This document shows, one piece after another, positions 30,258-39,790 of a stretch of DNA of 64,000 nt (position 1 is the stretch's first letter; each line of letters starts with the position of its first letter). The stretch comes from Armatimonadota bacterium (GTDB lineage Bacteria > Sysuimicrobiota > Sysuimicrobiia > Sysuimicrobiales > Kaftiobacteriaceae), in assembly GCA_037440005.1 (NCBI GenBank), contig JBBIUY010000010.1, positions 20,475-84,474 on the forward strand, read 5' to 3'. The position numbers and the translations under genes were made by a program. Below the pieces are notes generated by a model. The model searched no databases. It had not been told where the DNA came from and saw only the letters and a list, made by a program, of their open reading frames with translations.

Positions 30258-31295
30258 ATGACCGTCCGCCCGGCCGGCGACTTCGTGACCACCTACGCCC
30301 AGGACATGGCCATCCTGGACCGCCGGGGCTACCGGGTGGGGATGGCCCTGCTGGTGGCCGCCCTGGCCCTGGCGCCGGCGTGGCTGGGGCGGTTCATCTT
30401 CCTGCTGAACACCATCGGCATCTTCGCCATCGGCGCCTGCGGGCTGACGCTGCTGACCGGGATCACCGGCCAGATCTCCCTAGGCCACGCGGCGTTCATG
30501 GCCCTGGGCGCCTACGGGTCGGCGGCCCTGGCCCGGGCCGGGCTGCCGGTGCCCCTGGCGATGGCGGGGGCCACCCTCCTCACGTTTCTGGGCGGGGTGG
30601 TGGTCGGGATGCCGTCGCTGCGCATCAAGGGCCTGTACCTGGCCATCGCCACCCTGGCGTTCCAGTTCCTGACCGAGTACGCCCTCATCCACGCCACCGG
30701 CGGGGTGGGCGCGCTGTCGGTGCCGCCGGTGGGCCTGGGACGGTGGGCGGTCCGGACCGAAGTGCAGTTCTACTACCTGCTGCTGGCCGTCTGGCTGGCG
30801 GCCGGCACGGCGCTGGCCAACCTGACCCGCAGCCGGGTGGGGCTGATCCTGATGGCGATCCGTGACCGGGACTACGCCGCCCAGGTCCTGGGCATCCCCC
30901 TGCTGCGCTACAAGGCGCTGGCTTTCGGCCTGGCCGCCGCCTACGCGGGGCTGGCCGGCAGTCTGTGGGCCCACTACCAGCGCCTCATCACCACCGAGCA
31001 GTTCACCGTCGGCGCGTCCATCGACTACGTGGCCATGGTGGTCATCGGCGGGCTGACCAGCGTCTGGGGGCCGCATCTGGGCGCGGCGTTCGTGGTGGCC
31101 CTGTCCCAGGGGTTGAAGATCGTCACCCCGGCCCTGACGGCGGTGGTCCCCGCCTTCGCCCAGGTCGTCATCCCCCTGCGGGAGGTGCTGTTCGGGACGG
31201 TGCTCATCGCCCTGCTGATCTGGGAGCCCGGGGGGCTGGCGATGCTGCTGCGCAAGCTCAAGCGCAAGGTGGACCTGTGGCCCTTCGCCTACTGA
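30258..31295 (+). CDS. Liv-type ABC permease (LivM-like)
   Basis: GQISLGHAAF, LRIKGLYLAIATLAF, AIRD. Confidence 0.92.
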   Translation: MTVRPAGDFVTTYAQDMAILDRRGYRVGMALLVAALALAPAWLGRFIFLLNTIGIFAIGACGLTLLTGITGQISLGHAAFMALGAYGSAALARAGLPVPLAMAGATLLTFLGGVVVGMPSLRIKGLYLAIATLAFQFLTEYALIHATGGVGALSVPPVGLGRWAVRTEVQFYYLLLAVWLAAGTALANLTRSRVGLILMAIRDRDYAAQVLGIPLLRYKALAFGLAAAYAGLAGSLWAHYQRLITTEQFTVGASIDYVAMVVIGGLTSVWGPHLGAAFVVALSQGLKIVTPALTAVVPAFAQVVIPLREVLFGTVLIALLIWEPGGLAMLLRKLKRKVDLWPFAY

Positions 31296-31316
31296 GCGCC
31301 CAGCCTCGGGCGGGCC

Positions 31317-32108
31317 TCAGGCCAGCCAGCGCCGGGCCCGCTTGTAGCTCTTCACCTCGCTGAACAGCCTTCGCCGGTCGCCCCGCACCCCCAGGTAGAA
31401 CTCCTCCACGTCGGCGTCCTCCCGCAGCTTGTGGGTGGGGCCGTCCAGGACGATGCGGCCGGTCTCCATCACGTAGCCGTAGGAGGCCAGCTCCAAGGCC
31501 ATGCGGGCGTTCTGCTCCACCAGGAGCATGGTCACGCCCTCCTCGGCGTTGAGCCTGCGGATGAGGTCGAAGATCTCCCGGGCCACCCGGGGGGCCAGCC
31601 CCAGGCTGGGCTCGTCCAGCAGCAGGAGCCGGGGGCGGGCCATCAGGGCGCAGCCGATGGCCAGCATCTGCTGCTCGCCCCCCGACAGGTAGCCGGCCCG
31701 GGTCTGGCGCCGCTCGGCCAGGCGGGGAAAGTACGTGTACACCATCTCCAGCCGGTCCCGGGCGGCGCGCCAGCCCCCGCGCAGGGCGGCGCCCACCAGC
31801 AGGTTCTCCTCCGCCGTCAGCTCCTCGAACAGCCGCCGTCCCTCGCGCACCATCACGATGCCCGCCCGGGCCGTGTCCTCGGGGAGCCGGTTCTCGATGC
31901 GCCGGCCCAGGAACTCGATGCTGCCCCGGGTCACCTCCCCCCGCTCCAGCCGGACCAGCCCCGTGATGGCCTTCAGCGTGGTGGTCTTGCCGGCGCCGTT
32001 GGCGCCGATGAGCGCCGTGATCTGGCCCGCGGGCACCGTCAGGGACACCCCTTTGAGCACCAGGATGGTCCCCCAGTACACCACCTCGATGTTGGTGACG
32101 GTGAGCAT
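31317..32108 (-). CDS. Liv-type ABC ATP-binding protein (LivF-like)
   Basis: GANGAGKTT, LSGGEQQML, DEPSLGLAP, VEQNA. Confidence 0.92.
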   Translation of the reverse strand: MLTVTNIEVVYWGTILVLKGVSLTVPAGQITALIGANGAGKTTTLKAITGLVRLERGEVTRGSIEFLGRRIENRLPEDTARAGIVMVREGRRLFEELTAEENLLVGAALRGGWRAARDRLEMVYTYFPRLAERRQTRAGYLSGGEQQMLAIGCALMARPRLLLLDEPSLGLAPRVAREIFDLIRRLNAEEGVTMLLVEQNARMALELASYGYVMETGRIVLDGPTHKLREDADVEEFYLGVRGDRRRLFSEVKSYKRARRWLA

Positions 32109-32242
32109 GGGGCTCAGTCGCTGTCAGCTCTCATGCGCAGGACCGGCTCCGCCGGGTCCGAGCATCGCCCGGGGTGCGGCGAGCACCGGAGGGGAGGGGG
32201 CGGTTTCGGAGGGGGAGGGACCCGCCCTCCCCCTCCGAGGAC

Positions 32243-32298
32243 AGCACCAGGATGGTCCCCCAATACACGACTTCGATGTTGGTGACGGTGAGCATGGG
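32243..32298 (-). repeat. 56-bp direct duplication of the 5' end of the livF-like gene (other copy 32056-32111)
   Basis: 53 of 56 identical; both copies encode MLTVTNIEVVYWGTILVL. Confidence 0.9.
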
Positions 32299-32405
32299 CG
32301 AGGCAGGGTCGCGCGGTCGCGGCCTCGCGCGGTCGGGAGATCGCGGGAGCGCGTCCCGCCTGGGGCGGTCGTCCGCGCTCTCCCGCGACCCCCGCCGCGT
32401 TCTCC

Positions 32406-33686
32406 TCAAAAGCCCAGCCAGTCCTTGCGCCGGTCCACCGTCACCGTCGTGAGGACGGTGATCCGCCCGTTGCGCACCGTCACGATGCGGGTGGTGGTGG
32501 ACGGACGGTGGTCGTCCCGGGTCAGGGTGACGGGCGGGGCCAGTCCGTCGGGATCCCAGTTCTTGAGGGTCTCCAGGGCCGAGCGCACCGACGGGCCGCT
32601 GAAGCCGCCCAGCCGCGAGTAGGTGTCCCAGTTGTCCACGATGATCTCCAGCCCCTTCTTCAGCAGAAAGACGTTCAGCCATCCCCGCACGTAGGAGGCG
32701 ATGAACGGCGTCTCGGTGGTCCCCCAGGTGAAGGCGGGCTGGCGGTTGTGGAAGCGCCGCAGGACGTCGAACATCTTGGCCATTCCCGGCGCCGGCTCGC
32801 CGTAGTAGACGTGGGGCGTGCTGGCCAGAACCCCCTCGGCGTCCCGGCCGATGAGTTTGATCATGTTCTCGTCAAAGCCCCACACGTTGACGAAGAAGCG
32901 GGTGGTCAGACCCGCCGCCCGGGCGTCCCGGACGATCACCGACGCCGAGTTGGTGGTCCCGCCGATCCAGGCGAAGTGGGCCCCGAACGCCTTCACCGCC
33001 GCCACCTGGGAGCGGGCCTCCAGGGCCGTGAGGGCCACGATCTGGTCGGGCCCCACCTCAAAGCCCAGCTCCTGGGCGTAGGCCTTGCCGGCGGGGATGG
33101 GGGCCCGGCCGTAGGGGTGGTCCGGATACAGGAAGACGATCCGGGGCCGCGCGATGCGCTCCTGGTCGGCCAGGCTCCGGGCGTACTTGAGGACCGCCCG
33201 CAGCTGGTCCGAGTAGCTGCTCACCGGGTAGAAGTTGTAGGGCGTCTTGGAGGGGTCGTTGAGGTGCGAGGAGTAGCTGGCGGAGATGAACGGGATCTGG
33301 TCGGCGGCCACCTGGTCCTTCAGGGCCTCGGTGTCGCCCGTGCCCCACCCGATGATGGCGTTCACCCGGTCCACGTCCCGGTACTTGCGGTACAGGGCCA
33401 GGGCGTCGGGGATCCGGTACCCGTAGTCCGACCACACCAGGTCGATCTTCACCTTGCCCCGGATCCCGCCTTCCACCTCGTTGATGTACCGGACGTGGTC
33501 CAGGGCGCCCCTGGAGTAGTCCACGCCCACGTCGGAGGTGGGCCCGGTGGTGTCGAAGAGCGCGCCGACCTTGATGGACCCCGGCACGGCGGGCTGGGCC
33601 AGGGCCGCCAGCCCCCCGGCCGTCAGGACCGCCAGCGCCGCCCCCAGGAGCCGGACGGCCGTGCGGACGGGCGCGTGCGTGCGCAT
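32406..33686 (-). CDS. Liv-type ABC substrate-binding protein
   Basis: Signal peptide, IKVGALFDTTGPTS, GWGTGDT. Confidence 0.88.
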   Translation of the reverse strand: MRTHAPVRTAVRLLGAALAVLTAGGLAALAQPAVPGSIKVGALFDTTGPTSDVGVDYSRGALDHVRYINEVEGGIRGKVKIDLVWSDYGYRIPDALALYRKYRDVDRVNAIIGWGTGDTEALKDQVAADQIPFISASYSSHLNDPSKTPYNFYPVSSYSDQLRAVLKYARSLADQERIARPRIVFLYPDHPYGRAPIPAGKAYAQELGFEVGPDQIVALTALEARSQVAAVKAFGAHFAWIGGTTNSASVIVRDARAAGLTTRFFVNVWGFDENMIKLIGRDAEGVLASTPHVYYGEPAPGMAKMFDVLRRFHNRQPAFTWGTTETPFIASYVRGWLNVFLLKKGLEIIVDNWDTYSRLGGFSGPSVRSALETLKNWDPDGLAPPVTLTRDDHRPSTTTRIVTVRNGRITVLTTVTVDRRKDWLGF

Positions 33687-33782
33687 CCTTCTCCCTCCCC
33701 TCGCCTGCGCGGTCGATGTGATGGGGAAGTTCGGGGCGGCGGGCCGATCCCTCCTCCCGGCGCGGGGGAGGGACGGCGGGCG

Positions 33783-35441
33783 TCAGGGTCCCACCTTGCG
33801 CACCGTCACCGACCGCACCACCAGGTCTTCGCGGCGGTTGCCGGCCGCGTTGAGCGCGAAGTCAAACCCCCAGGTGTTGGCGAACGCCGCGTCCGGCAGG
33901 CGGACCGTGTGGATCACCCACCCCGGGGAGGCGTCCACCCACTGCCAGGGGGTGAACCGGTAGCCGCTCATGGAGTCGTACAGGACGTTGAAGCCCACGG
34001 TCTGGGGCGCCGGAGCGCCCCGCACCTCCACGGCGATCTCCACCGCGGCGCGCCCGTCCACGAAGTACAGGAAGGAGTCGTCCACGTCGAACCGCACGTA
34101 CACCCGCTCCGCCGCCGTCTCGGTGCCCAGGGCGTCCACCCCGTCCACCGACACCGCCCGCACGGCTTCGCCCCGCCAGGTGCGGTAGGCCATGTTGTAC
34201 AGGCCCCGCTCCTGGTTCACGCGGCCCAGCACCGCGCTGACCTCGGGGGAGGCGCTATAGTCCGGTCCCCCGGGCGGCAGGGGGACGTCCCGGGAGCGCA
34301 TCCGCCGGGCCTCGGCCACCTCCTCCGGACCGATCCCCACCAGCAGAACCGGTTCGGGTCCCACCTCCACGGTCGTCCGCCCGGCGGCCGAGCGCACCGG
34401 GCGCTCGTCGCCCGCCGGCCCCACCGCCCGCACCGCCTCCCCTTCCACGGTCACCGCCGCGGGCGTCCCGCTCCAGGCCACGGCCACCGCGGGGTCGCCC
34501 CCGAACACCAGGAGCAGGACGGGGCCCCGGACCACAAAGCCTTCGTACGGCCGCCGCCCCAGGTGGCGGGCCGCCGTCGCCAGGACCATCTGGGTCACCG
34601 CCGTGGGCTCGGCCGCCCACTGCACTTCCTCCACTCCCGCCGCGGCCGCCACCGCCACCAGCATCACCAGCTGGCCGGGCCAGGTGGAGCGGGGGCCCGC
34701 ACTCAGCGGGTCCCACTCCAGCCACAGGGGGCGGCCCCCGGGGGGGAGGATCCTCTCCCGGATCGTCGCCAGGGGGCGCAGCAAACCGTCCGGGCGGATG
34801 CCGCGGGGCTGCAGCGACACCACGTCGAACTCGCCGGACGCCTCCTGGACCATCCCCCGCAGGTCCGGCAGGTCCAGGCCGTAGGGCGTGGCCAGGACCA
34901 CGCGGGCGAAGGAGTCGGCATCCCGCAGGGCGACCCGGGCCGCCCGGAGCAGGTGCAGGTACTGGCGCGTGGTGCCCCGGAACACCGGCAGGCTGCGGGC
35001 GGTCCAGATCTGCCAGTCGCGCACCCGGCCGCGGTAGCGGGTCGCGGCGGCTCTCACAAACCTCTCCCAGCGGTCCACAGGCGGGGGCTGGCGGCTGGCG
35101 ACGGCGGGGTCCGTGCGGTCTGCGGCCGGCGCCGCCCACCCGGGGGTGTAGGCCAGGACCAGCACGACCCGCAACCCCGCGGCCCGGGCCGCGTCCACGG
35201 CGCGATCCAGCAGATCCCACAGGGGCTCCCCGGGCTGCGGCTCGATCTGAGACCAGTCGGCGACCAGCTTGACCGACTCGGCTCCCCCGCGCCGCAGGGC
35301 GGCGAAGTCCGCTCCCTCGGCCGCCACGAACCCGACCCGCACCGGCAGCGCCGATCCCACGGCGGCCGGGCGGGCGGGAGCGGCCAGCGCCGCCACGCAG
35401 GCGGCGGCGACCCACAGGCGCGCCAGACCCCGGGCTCTCAT
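33783..35441 (-). CDS. Exported glycoside hydrolase-like protein (clan GH-A TIM barrel) with C-terminal beta domain
   Basis: Signal peptide, WSQIEPQPG, LDRAVDAA..GL.V...L.YTPGWA, YRGRVRDWQIW. Confidence 0.65.
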   Translation of the reverse strand: MRARGLARLWVAAACVAALAAPARPAAVGSALPVRVGFVAAEGADFAALRRGGAESVKLVADWSQIEPQPGEPLWDLLDRAVDAARAAGLRVVLVLAYTPGWAAPAADRTDPAVASRQPPPVDRWERFVRAAATRYRGRVRDWQIWTARSLPVFRGTTRQYLHLLRAARVALRDADSFARVVLATPYGLDLPDLRGMVQEASGEFDVVSLQPRGIRPDGLLRPLATIRERILPPGGRPLWLEWDPLSAGPRSTWPGQLVMLVAVAAAAGVEEVQWAAEPTAVTQMVLATAARHLGRRPYEGFVVRGPVLLLVFGGDPAVAVAWSGTPAAVTVEGEAVRAVGPAGDERPVRSAAGRTTVEVGPEPVLLVGIGPEEVAEARRMRSRDVPLPPGGPDYSASPEVSAVLGRVNQERGLYNMAYRTWRGEAVRAVSVDGVDALGTETAAERVYVRFDVDDSFLYFVDGRAAVEIAVEVRGAPAPQTVGFNVLYDSMSGYRFTPWQWVDASPGWVIHTVRLPDAAFANTWGFDFALNAAGNRREDLVVRSVTVRKVGP

Positions 35442-35587
35442 CCGACGGTGTCCACCGGTCTGTCTCTGTCATGCCCGGGCCACCGCCCGGGACAGGCCGG
35501 TCCGGCGCGGGAGGACCGCCCGCGGACAGATGGAATACTCCGCAACGTTGTGCGAGACAGTTGGCCGCCGGAGGAGGTGACTCCTGC

Positions 35588-36067
35588 ATGTGGGACCGGC
35601 CCCGGGCCATCTCCATCGTCGCCGGCAGCGGCGAGGGGACGACGGAACTGACCGCCTTCGACCGGGCCCTGATGGCCGCCGGCATCGCCAATTTGAACTT
35701 CCTGCGGGTCACCAGCATCCTGCCGGCGGGGGTGACGGTCATCCCGGTGCCCCGCTGCACGCCGGGCACCCTCACCCCGGCGGTGTACGCCCGCCGGACC
35801 AGCCACACGCCCGGCGAGCGCATCGCCGCCGCCGTCGGCCTGGGGTTCTCCCGGGACAGCTACGGGGTGATCATGGAGTTCCAGCACAGCGGCACCGCCG
35901 ACAACGCCGAGGCCATCGTGCGGCGGATGGTGGAAGAAGCCATGGCCGTGCGGGATCTGGCGGTGGACCAGATCCGGGTGGTCTCCGCGGAGCACGTGGT
36001 GCAGCGCATCGGATGTGTCGTCGCCGCGGTGGTGTTCTGGCCGTCGGTGAACGGCCCGGACCTGTAA
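35588..36067 (+). CDS. Pyruvoyl-dependent arginine decarboxylase
   Basis: LTAFDRALMAAGIANLNFLRVTSILP; GGAGG RBS. Confidence 0.9.
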   Translation: MWDRPRAISIVAGSGEGTTELTAFDRALMAAGIANLNFLRVTSILPAGVTVIPVPRCTPGTLTPAVYARRTSHTPGERIAAAVGLGFSRDSYGVIMEFQHSGTADNAEAIVRRMVEEAMAVRDLAVDQIRVVSAEHVVQRIGCVVAAVVFWPSVNGPDL

Positions 36068-36083
36068 GACGGAGACGCGCGCC

Positions 36084-36917
36084 ATGGAGTGGCTGGTGGA
36101 CCTGGTCGGTCCCGGCGTGGCCCAGGCCACCCAGGTGACCGACGTCCTGTTCGACGGGCGGTCGGCGTACCAGCGGATCCAGATCGTCTGTAGCCCTCTG
36201 TTCGGCCGCATGCTGGTCCTGGACGACGCGGTGCAGACCACCGAGCGGGACGAGCACGCCTACCACGAGATGCTGGTCCACCTGCCCCTGGTGACCCACC
36301 CCTCCCCGCGCCGGGTCCTCATCATCGGCGGCGGGGACGGGGGCACCCTGGAAGAGGTGCTCAAGCACCCGGTGGAGCACGTCACCATGGTGGAGATCGA
36401 CGGCGCGGTGGTGGACGCCTGCCGGCGCTTTTTGCCCTCGGTCGGGGGGGACGCCTTCACCGACCCGCGGGCGGAACTGGTCATCGACGACGGGGTGGCC
36501 TACGTGGCCCGCGCCGGCCGGACGTTCGACGTGATCCTGGTGGACTCCCCGGACCCCAAGGGGCCGGGCCTGGCGCTGTTTTCCCCGCAGTTTTACAGCG
36601 CCTGCGCCCGCCTCCTGACCTCCCAGGGGCTGCTGGTGGCCCAGAGCGGGTCCCTGCTGTACCAGCCCGACCTGGCCGCGCTGGTCCGCCGGCACCTGCA
36701 GCCGGCCTTTCCCCTGGTGGGCACCTACTGGGCGCCGGTGCCGTCGTACCCGGGAGTGCTGTGGACGTTCACGTACGGCAGCAAGCAGCCCGACCCCCGC
36801 GCCGTCCCGCCCGAGGTCATCGCCGGCCGCCTTGCGGGGGTGCCCACGCGCCTGTACTCCCCCGCCGCCCACGCCGCCGCCCTGGCGCTGCCGGCGGCGG
36901 ACCTGCCCGGGCCGTGA
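36084..36917 (+). CDS. speE: Polyamine aminopropyltransferase
   Basis: YHEMLVH, VLIIGGGDGGTL, DVILVDSPDP. Confidence 0.93.
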   Translation: MEWLVDLVGPGVAQATQVTDVLFDGRSAYQRIQIVCSPLFGRMLVLDDAVQTTERDEHAYHEMLVHLPLVTHPSPRRVLIIGGGDGGTLEEVLKHPVEHVTMVEIDGAVVDACRRFLPSVGGDAFTDPRAELVIDDGVAYVARAGRTFDVILVDSPDPKGPGLALFSPQFYSACARLLTSQGLLVAQSGSLLYQPDLAALVRRHLQPAFPLVGTYWAPVPSYPGVLWTFTYGSKQPDPRAVPPEVIAGRLAGVPTRLYSPAAHAAALALPAADLPGP

Positions 36918-37750
36918 CCTTCCTCGCCTCCCGGCCGCACCCCCGTCCCGACGCCGTCATCGTGGGCGTGCCCTACGACGCCACGGCGTCGTTCCGGTCC
37001 GGCGCCCGGGCCGGGCCGGCGGCGGTGCGGTGGGCGTCCCAGAGCATCGAGACTTACAGCCCCGTCCTGGAGGCCGACCTGGAGCAGATCGCCGTCACCG
37101 ACGCGGGCGATCTCGACGTGGACGGGCTGGAGCCGGACCGGATGGTGGAGGCGGTGGCCGACCACGTGGGGTCGGTGGGTCCCGGCGTCCTTCCGGTGGT
37201 GCTGGGCGGGGAGCACACCCTCACCCTCGGCGCCGTCTTGGCCCTGGCCCGGCGGCATCCCGACCTGGTGGTGGTGCAGGTGGATGCCCACACCGACCTG
37301 CGGGATACCTACGACGGGAAGCGGATCGGCCACGCCACGGTGATGCGGCGGGTCGTGGAGGTCGTCGGGCCGGGAGCGCTGGTGCAGCTGGGGGTGCGGG
37401 CGGGAAGCCGGGAGGAGTGGGTTCTGGCCCGCACCCTGGCCCACAGCGGCCCCACGCTGGACGTGCCGCCGGACCTGTGGGCGGAGCTGGCGCGCCGTCC
37501 CGTGTACGTGTCGGTGGACATCGACGCCGTGGACCCCGCCGACGCCCCCGGCACCGGCAACCCCGAGCCGGAAGGCGTGGCAGCCCGCGACCTGCTGCGA
37601 TTCGTCCGCAGGCTCGGGGGGCTGTCGGTGGTGGGGCTGGACGTGGTGGAGGTGTCCCCGGGCTACGACCCGTCCGGCCGCACGGCGGTGCTGGCGGCCA
37701 CCGTGATCCGGGAGGCGCTGCTGGCCCTGCGCCGGCCGGACCGCCGCTGA
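36914..37750 (+). CDS. speB: Agmatinase / ureohydrolase
   Basis: GGEHT, DAHTD, SVDIDAVDPADAPGTGNPEP. Confidence 0.92.
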   Translation: MTFLASRPHPRPDAVIVGVPYDATASFRSGARAGPAAVRWASQSIETYSPVLEADLEQIAVTDAGDLDVDGLEPDRMVEAVADHVGSVGPGVLPVVLGGEHTLTLGAVLALARRHPDLVVVQVDAHTDLRDTYDGKRIGHATVMRRVVEVVGPGALVQLGVRAGSREEWVLARTLAHSGPTLDVPPDLWAELARRPVYVSVDIDAVDPADAPGTGNPEPEGVAARDLLRFVRRLGGLSVVGLDVVEVSPGYDPSGRTAVLAATVIREALLALRRPDRR

Positions 37751-37758
37751 CCCGCGGC

Positions 37759-38736
37759 CTAGCGGCCCCAGACCTGCCGGAACACCCGCAGGGCGTTACT
37801 GCCCAGGATCTTGCGGACGGCGTCCGGGGCGTGGCCGCGGGCCAGCAGCATGGCGGTCAGAGCGGGCAGGCGGGTGACGTCCTCCAGGTCCCGCACCGTG
37901 TCGGCGAACCCGTCGAAGTCCGAGCCCAGCGCCACGTGGTCGGGGCCCATGACCCGCACCAGGTAGTCCACCTGGTCCGCAATCCGGGCCAGGGTGGGGC
38001 CGCCGGCGAAGGCCGGGTAGAAGTTCACCCCCACCACGCCGCCGCGCCGGGCGATGGCCCGCAGCTGGTCGTCGGTCAGGTTGCGCGGGTGGGGAACGAG
38101 CCCCGCCGCGTTGGAGTGGGTGGCCACCACCGGCCCCCGGGTGGCGTCCAGGACGTCCCAGAAACTGCGCTCGGACAGGTGGGAGACGTCCACCACCATC
38201 CCCACCGCCTGCATGCGCTCCACCACCCGGCGGCCCAGGGGCGTCAGGCCGCCGTGGCGGGACTCCAGGGCGCCGTCGGCCAGCCCGTTGCTGGCGTTCC
38301 AGGTCAGGCTCATCATCCGCACGCCCCGGCGGAACAGCGCGTCCACCCGGTCGGGGTCTCCGCCCAGCGCCGAGGCGTTCTCCACCGCCAGGACCAGCGC
38401 CAGCCGTCCCGAGGCCACCAGGTGCTCGATCTGCTCCACCGAGGTGGCCACCCCCACCAGGTCGGGGTGCGCGGCGGCCAGGCGCTGGGCGGTGTCCAGC
38501 AGGGCCGTCACGACCTCGTAGCCGCGGTCGGCGTCGCGGGGGTGGACAAACAGGGCGCAGACCTGCACGTCCACCCCTCCCTCCCGCAGCCGCGGGAAGT
38601 CCGAGTGGCCGACCGACGTCCGCCGGGTGATGTCCCGCCGGCCGCTGTGGGCCTCCAGCAGGAGGTCGTTGTGCAGGTCCACCACCACCGCCTCGCGGTG
38701 CAGGACCAGGGGGTCGGGCGCGGACCGGGCGCTCAT
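37759..38736 (-). CDS. Membrane dipeptidase (peptidase M19)
   Basis: DLHND, VDVSH, THSN, PRNLTDDQ, LGSDFDG. Confidence 0.92.
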   Translation of the reverse strand: MSARSAPDPLVLHREAVVVDLHNDLLLEAHSGRRDITRRTSVGHSDFPRLREGGVDVQVCALFVHPRDADRGYEVVTALLDTAQRLAAAHPDLVGVATSVEQIEHLVASGRLALVLAVENASALGGDPDRVDALFRRGVRMMSLTWNASNGLADGALESRHGGLTPLGRRVVERMQAVGMVVDVSHLSERSFWDVLDATRGPVVATHSNAAGLVPHPRNLTDDQLRAIARRGGVVGVNFYPAFAGGPTLARIADQVDYLVRVMGPDHVALGSDFDGFADTVRDLEDVTRLPALTAMLLARGHAPDAVRKILGSNALRVFRQVWGR

Positions 38737-38759
38737 GGACAGGCCCAGCAGGCCGGCGG

Positions 38760-39056
38760 CTAGGAGGACGGCCCGGTCTCGCAGGCGCACGGCGCCCGGC
38801 GGCACTTGGGGCAGCGGTCCGCGTAGCGGGCCGCGGCCTGCTCGATGTCCACGCCGCACAGCGACGCCACGCTGGTGGTCCAGGCCAGCACGTCGGCGAC
38901 CTCCTCCGCCAACGAGGCGGGGTCGCCGTCCCGCAGGGCCCGGGCCAGCTCGCCCACCTCCTCCACCAGCCAGCGGAAGGTGCCGTCGGCGCCGCGGCGG
39001 CGGTCCCGCTCGCCGTAGATGTGCTCGATCCGACGCTGAAACTCCCGCAGCTGCAC
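38760..39056 (-). CDS. MazG-like nucleotide pyrophosphohydrolase
   Basis: EEVGELA...EEVADVLAW, C-terminal CPKC..PC.C. Confidence 0.85.
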   Translation of the reverse strand: MQLREFQRRIEHIYGERDRRRGADGTFRWLVEEVGELARALRDGDPASLAEEVADVLAWTTSVASLCGVDIEQAAARYADRCPKCRRAPCACETGPSS

Positions 39057-39169
39057 GCCTCACCTCCTCCGCCCGCCGGTCCTCGCCCAGAATTTCGCGG
39101 CGCCGGCGCGCCGGCCCTGGCGGACGCATCCCCGCGCCTGCCCGCGGCGGGGCTGTCGTGCTATAGTGG

Positions 39170-39730
39170 GTGCGGTCGCGGGGGCGGGGCGCGCGGGTGC
39201 GGTGGGACCGCCCGGAACAGCTGGTGACGCTGGGGGCGCTGGCGGCGGCCCTGGTCGCCGCCGTGGCGCTGCTGGCGGTGCGGCGGCCGGGTCCACCGGT
39301 CCGGCTGATCGAGCCGGCGCCGCAGGAGCAGGTGGTCGTGCAGGTGGACGGCGAGGTAGTGCGGCCGGGCCTGTACCGGCTCGCCTCCGGATCCCGGGTC
39401 CGGGACGCCGTGGACGCCGCCGGCGGCTTCTCTCCCGCCGCCGACGCCGCAGCGCTCAACCTGGCCCGCCTGCTGCGGGACGGCGACCGCGTGACGGTGC
39501 CTGCCCGCGCCTCGGCGGGACCGGCGGTCCGGCCCGCCCCCCTCGACATCAACACGGCCGGCGCCGACCAGCTGGAGACGCTTCCGGGCATCGGCCCGGT
39601 GCTGGCCCGCCGGATCGTGGAGTTCCGGACCCGCCACGGGCCGTTCCGGCGTGTGGAGGACCTCCTGCAGGTGCAGGGCATCGGCCCCCGGCTTCTGGAA
39701 CGCCTGCGCCCGCTGGTGACGGTCCGGTGA
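39170..39730 (+). CDS. comEA: Competence DNA-binding protein ComEA
   Basis: TM anchor, SLBB (GEVVRPGLY), HhH (DINTA..LETLPGIGPVLARRIV). Confidence 0.92.
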   Translation: MRSRGRGARVRWDRPEQLVTLGALAAALVAAVALLAVRRPGPPVRLIEPAPQEQVVVQVDGEVVRPGLYRLASGSRVRDAVDAAGGFSPAADAAALNLARLLRDGDRVTVPARASAGPAVRPAPLDINTAGADQLETLPGIGPVLARRIVEFRTRHGPFRRVEDLLQVQGIGPRLLERLRPLVTVR

Positions 39731-39790
39731 GGGAACCGCGGCGCCCGCCTCCCCGTAGGCACAGACAGGGGACGGGCAGGGAGACGCAGG

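Noticed and set aside
32056..32298. DGR TR/VR pair
   Set aside because: Mismatches are synonymous and not adenine-specific, and the copy covers a gene 5' end.
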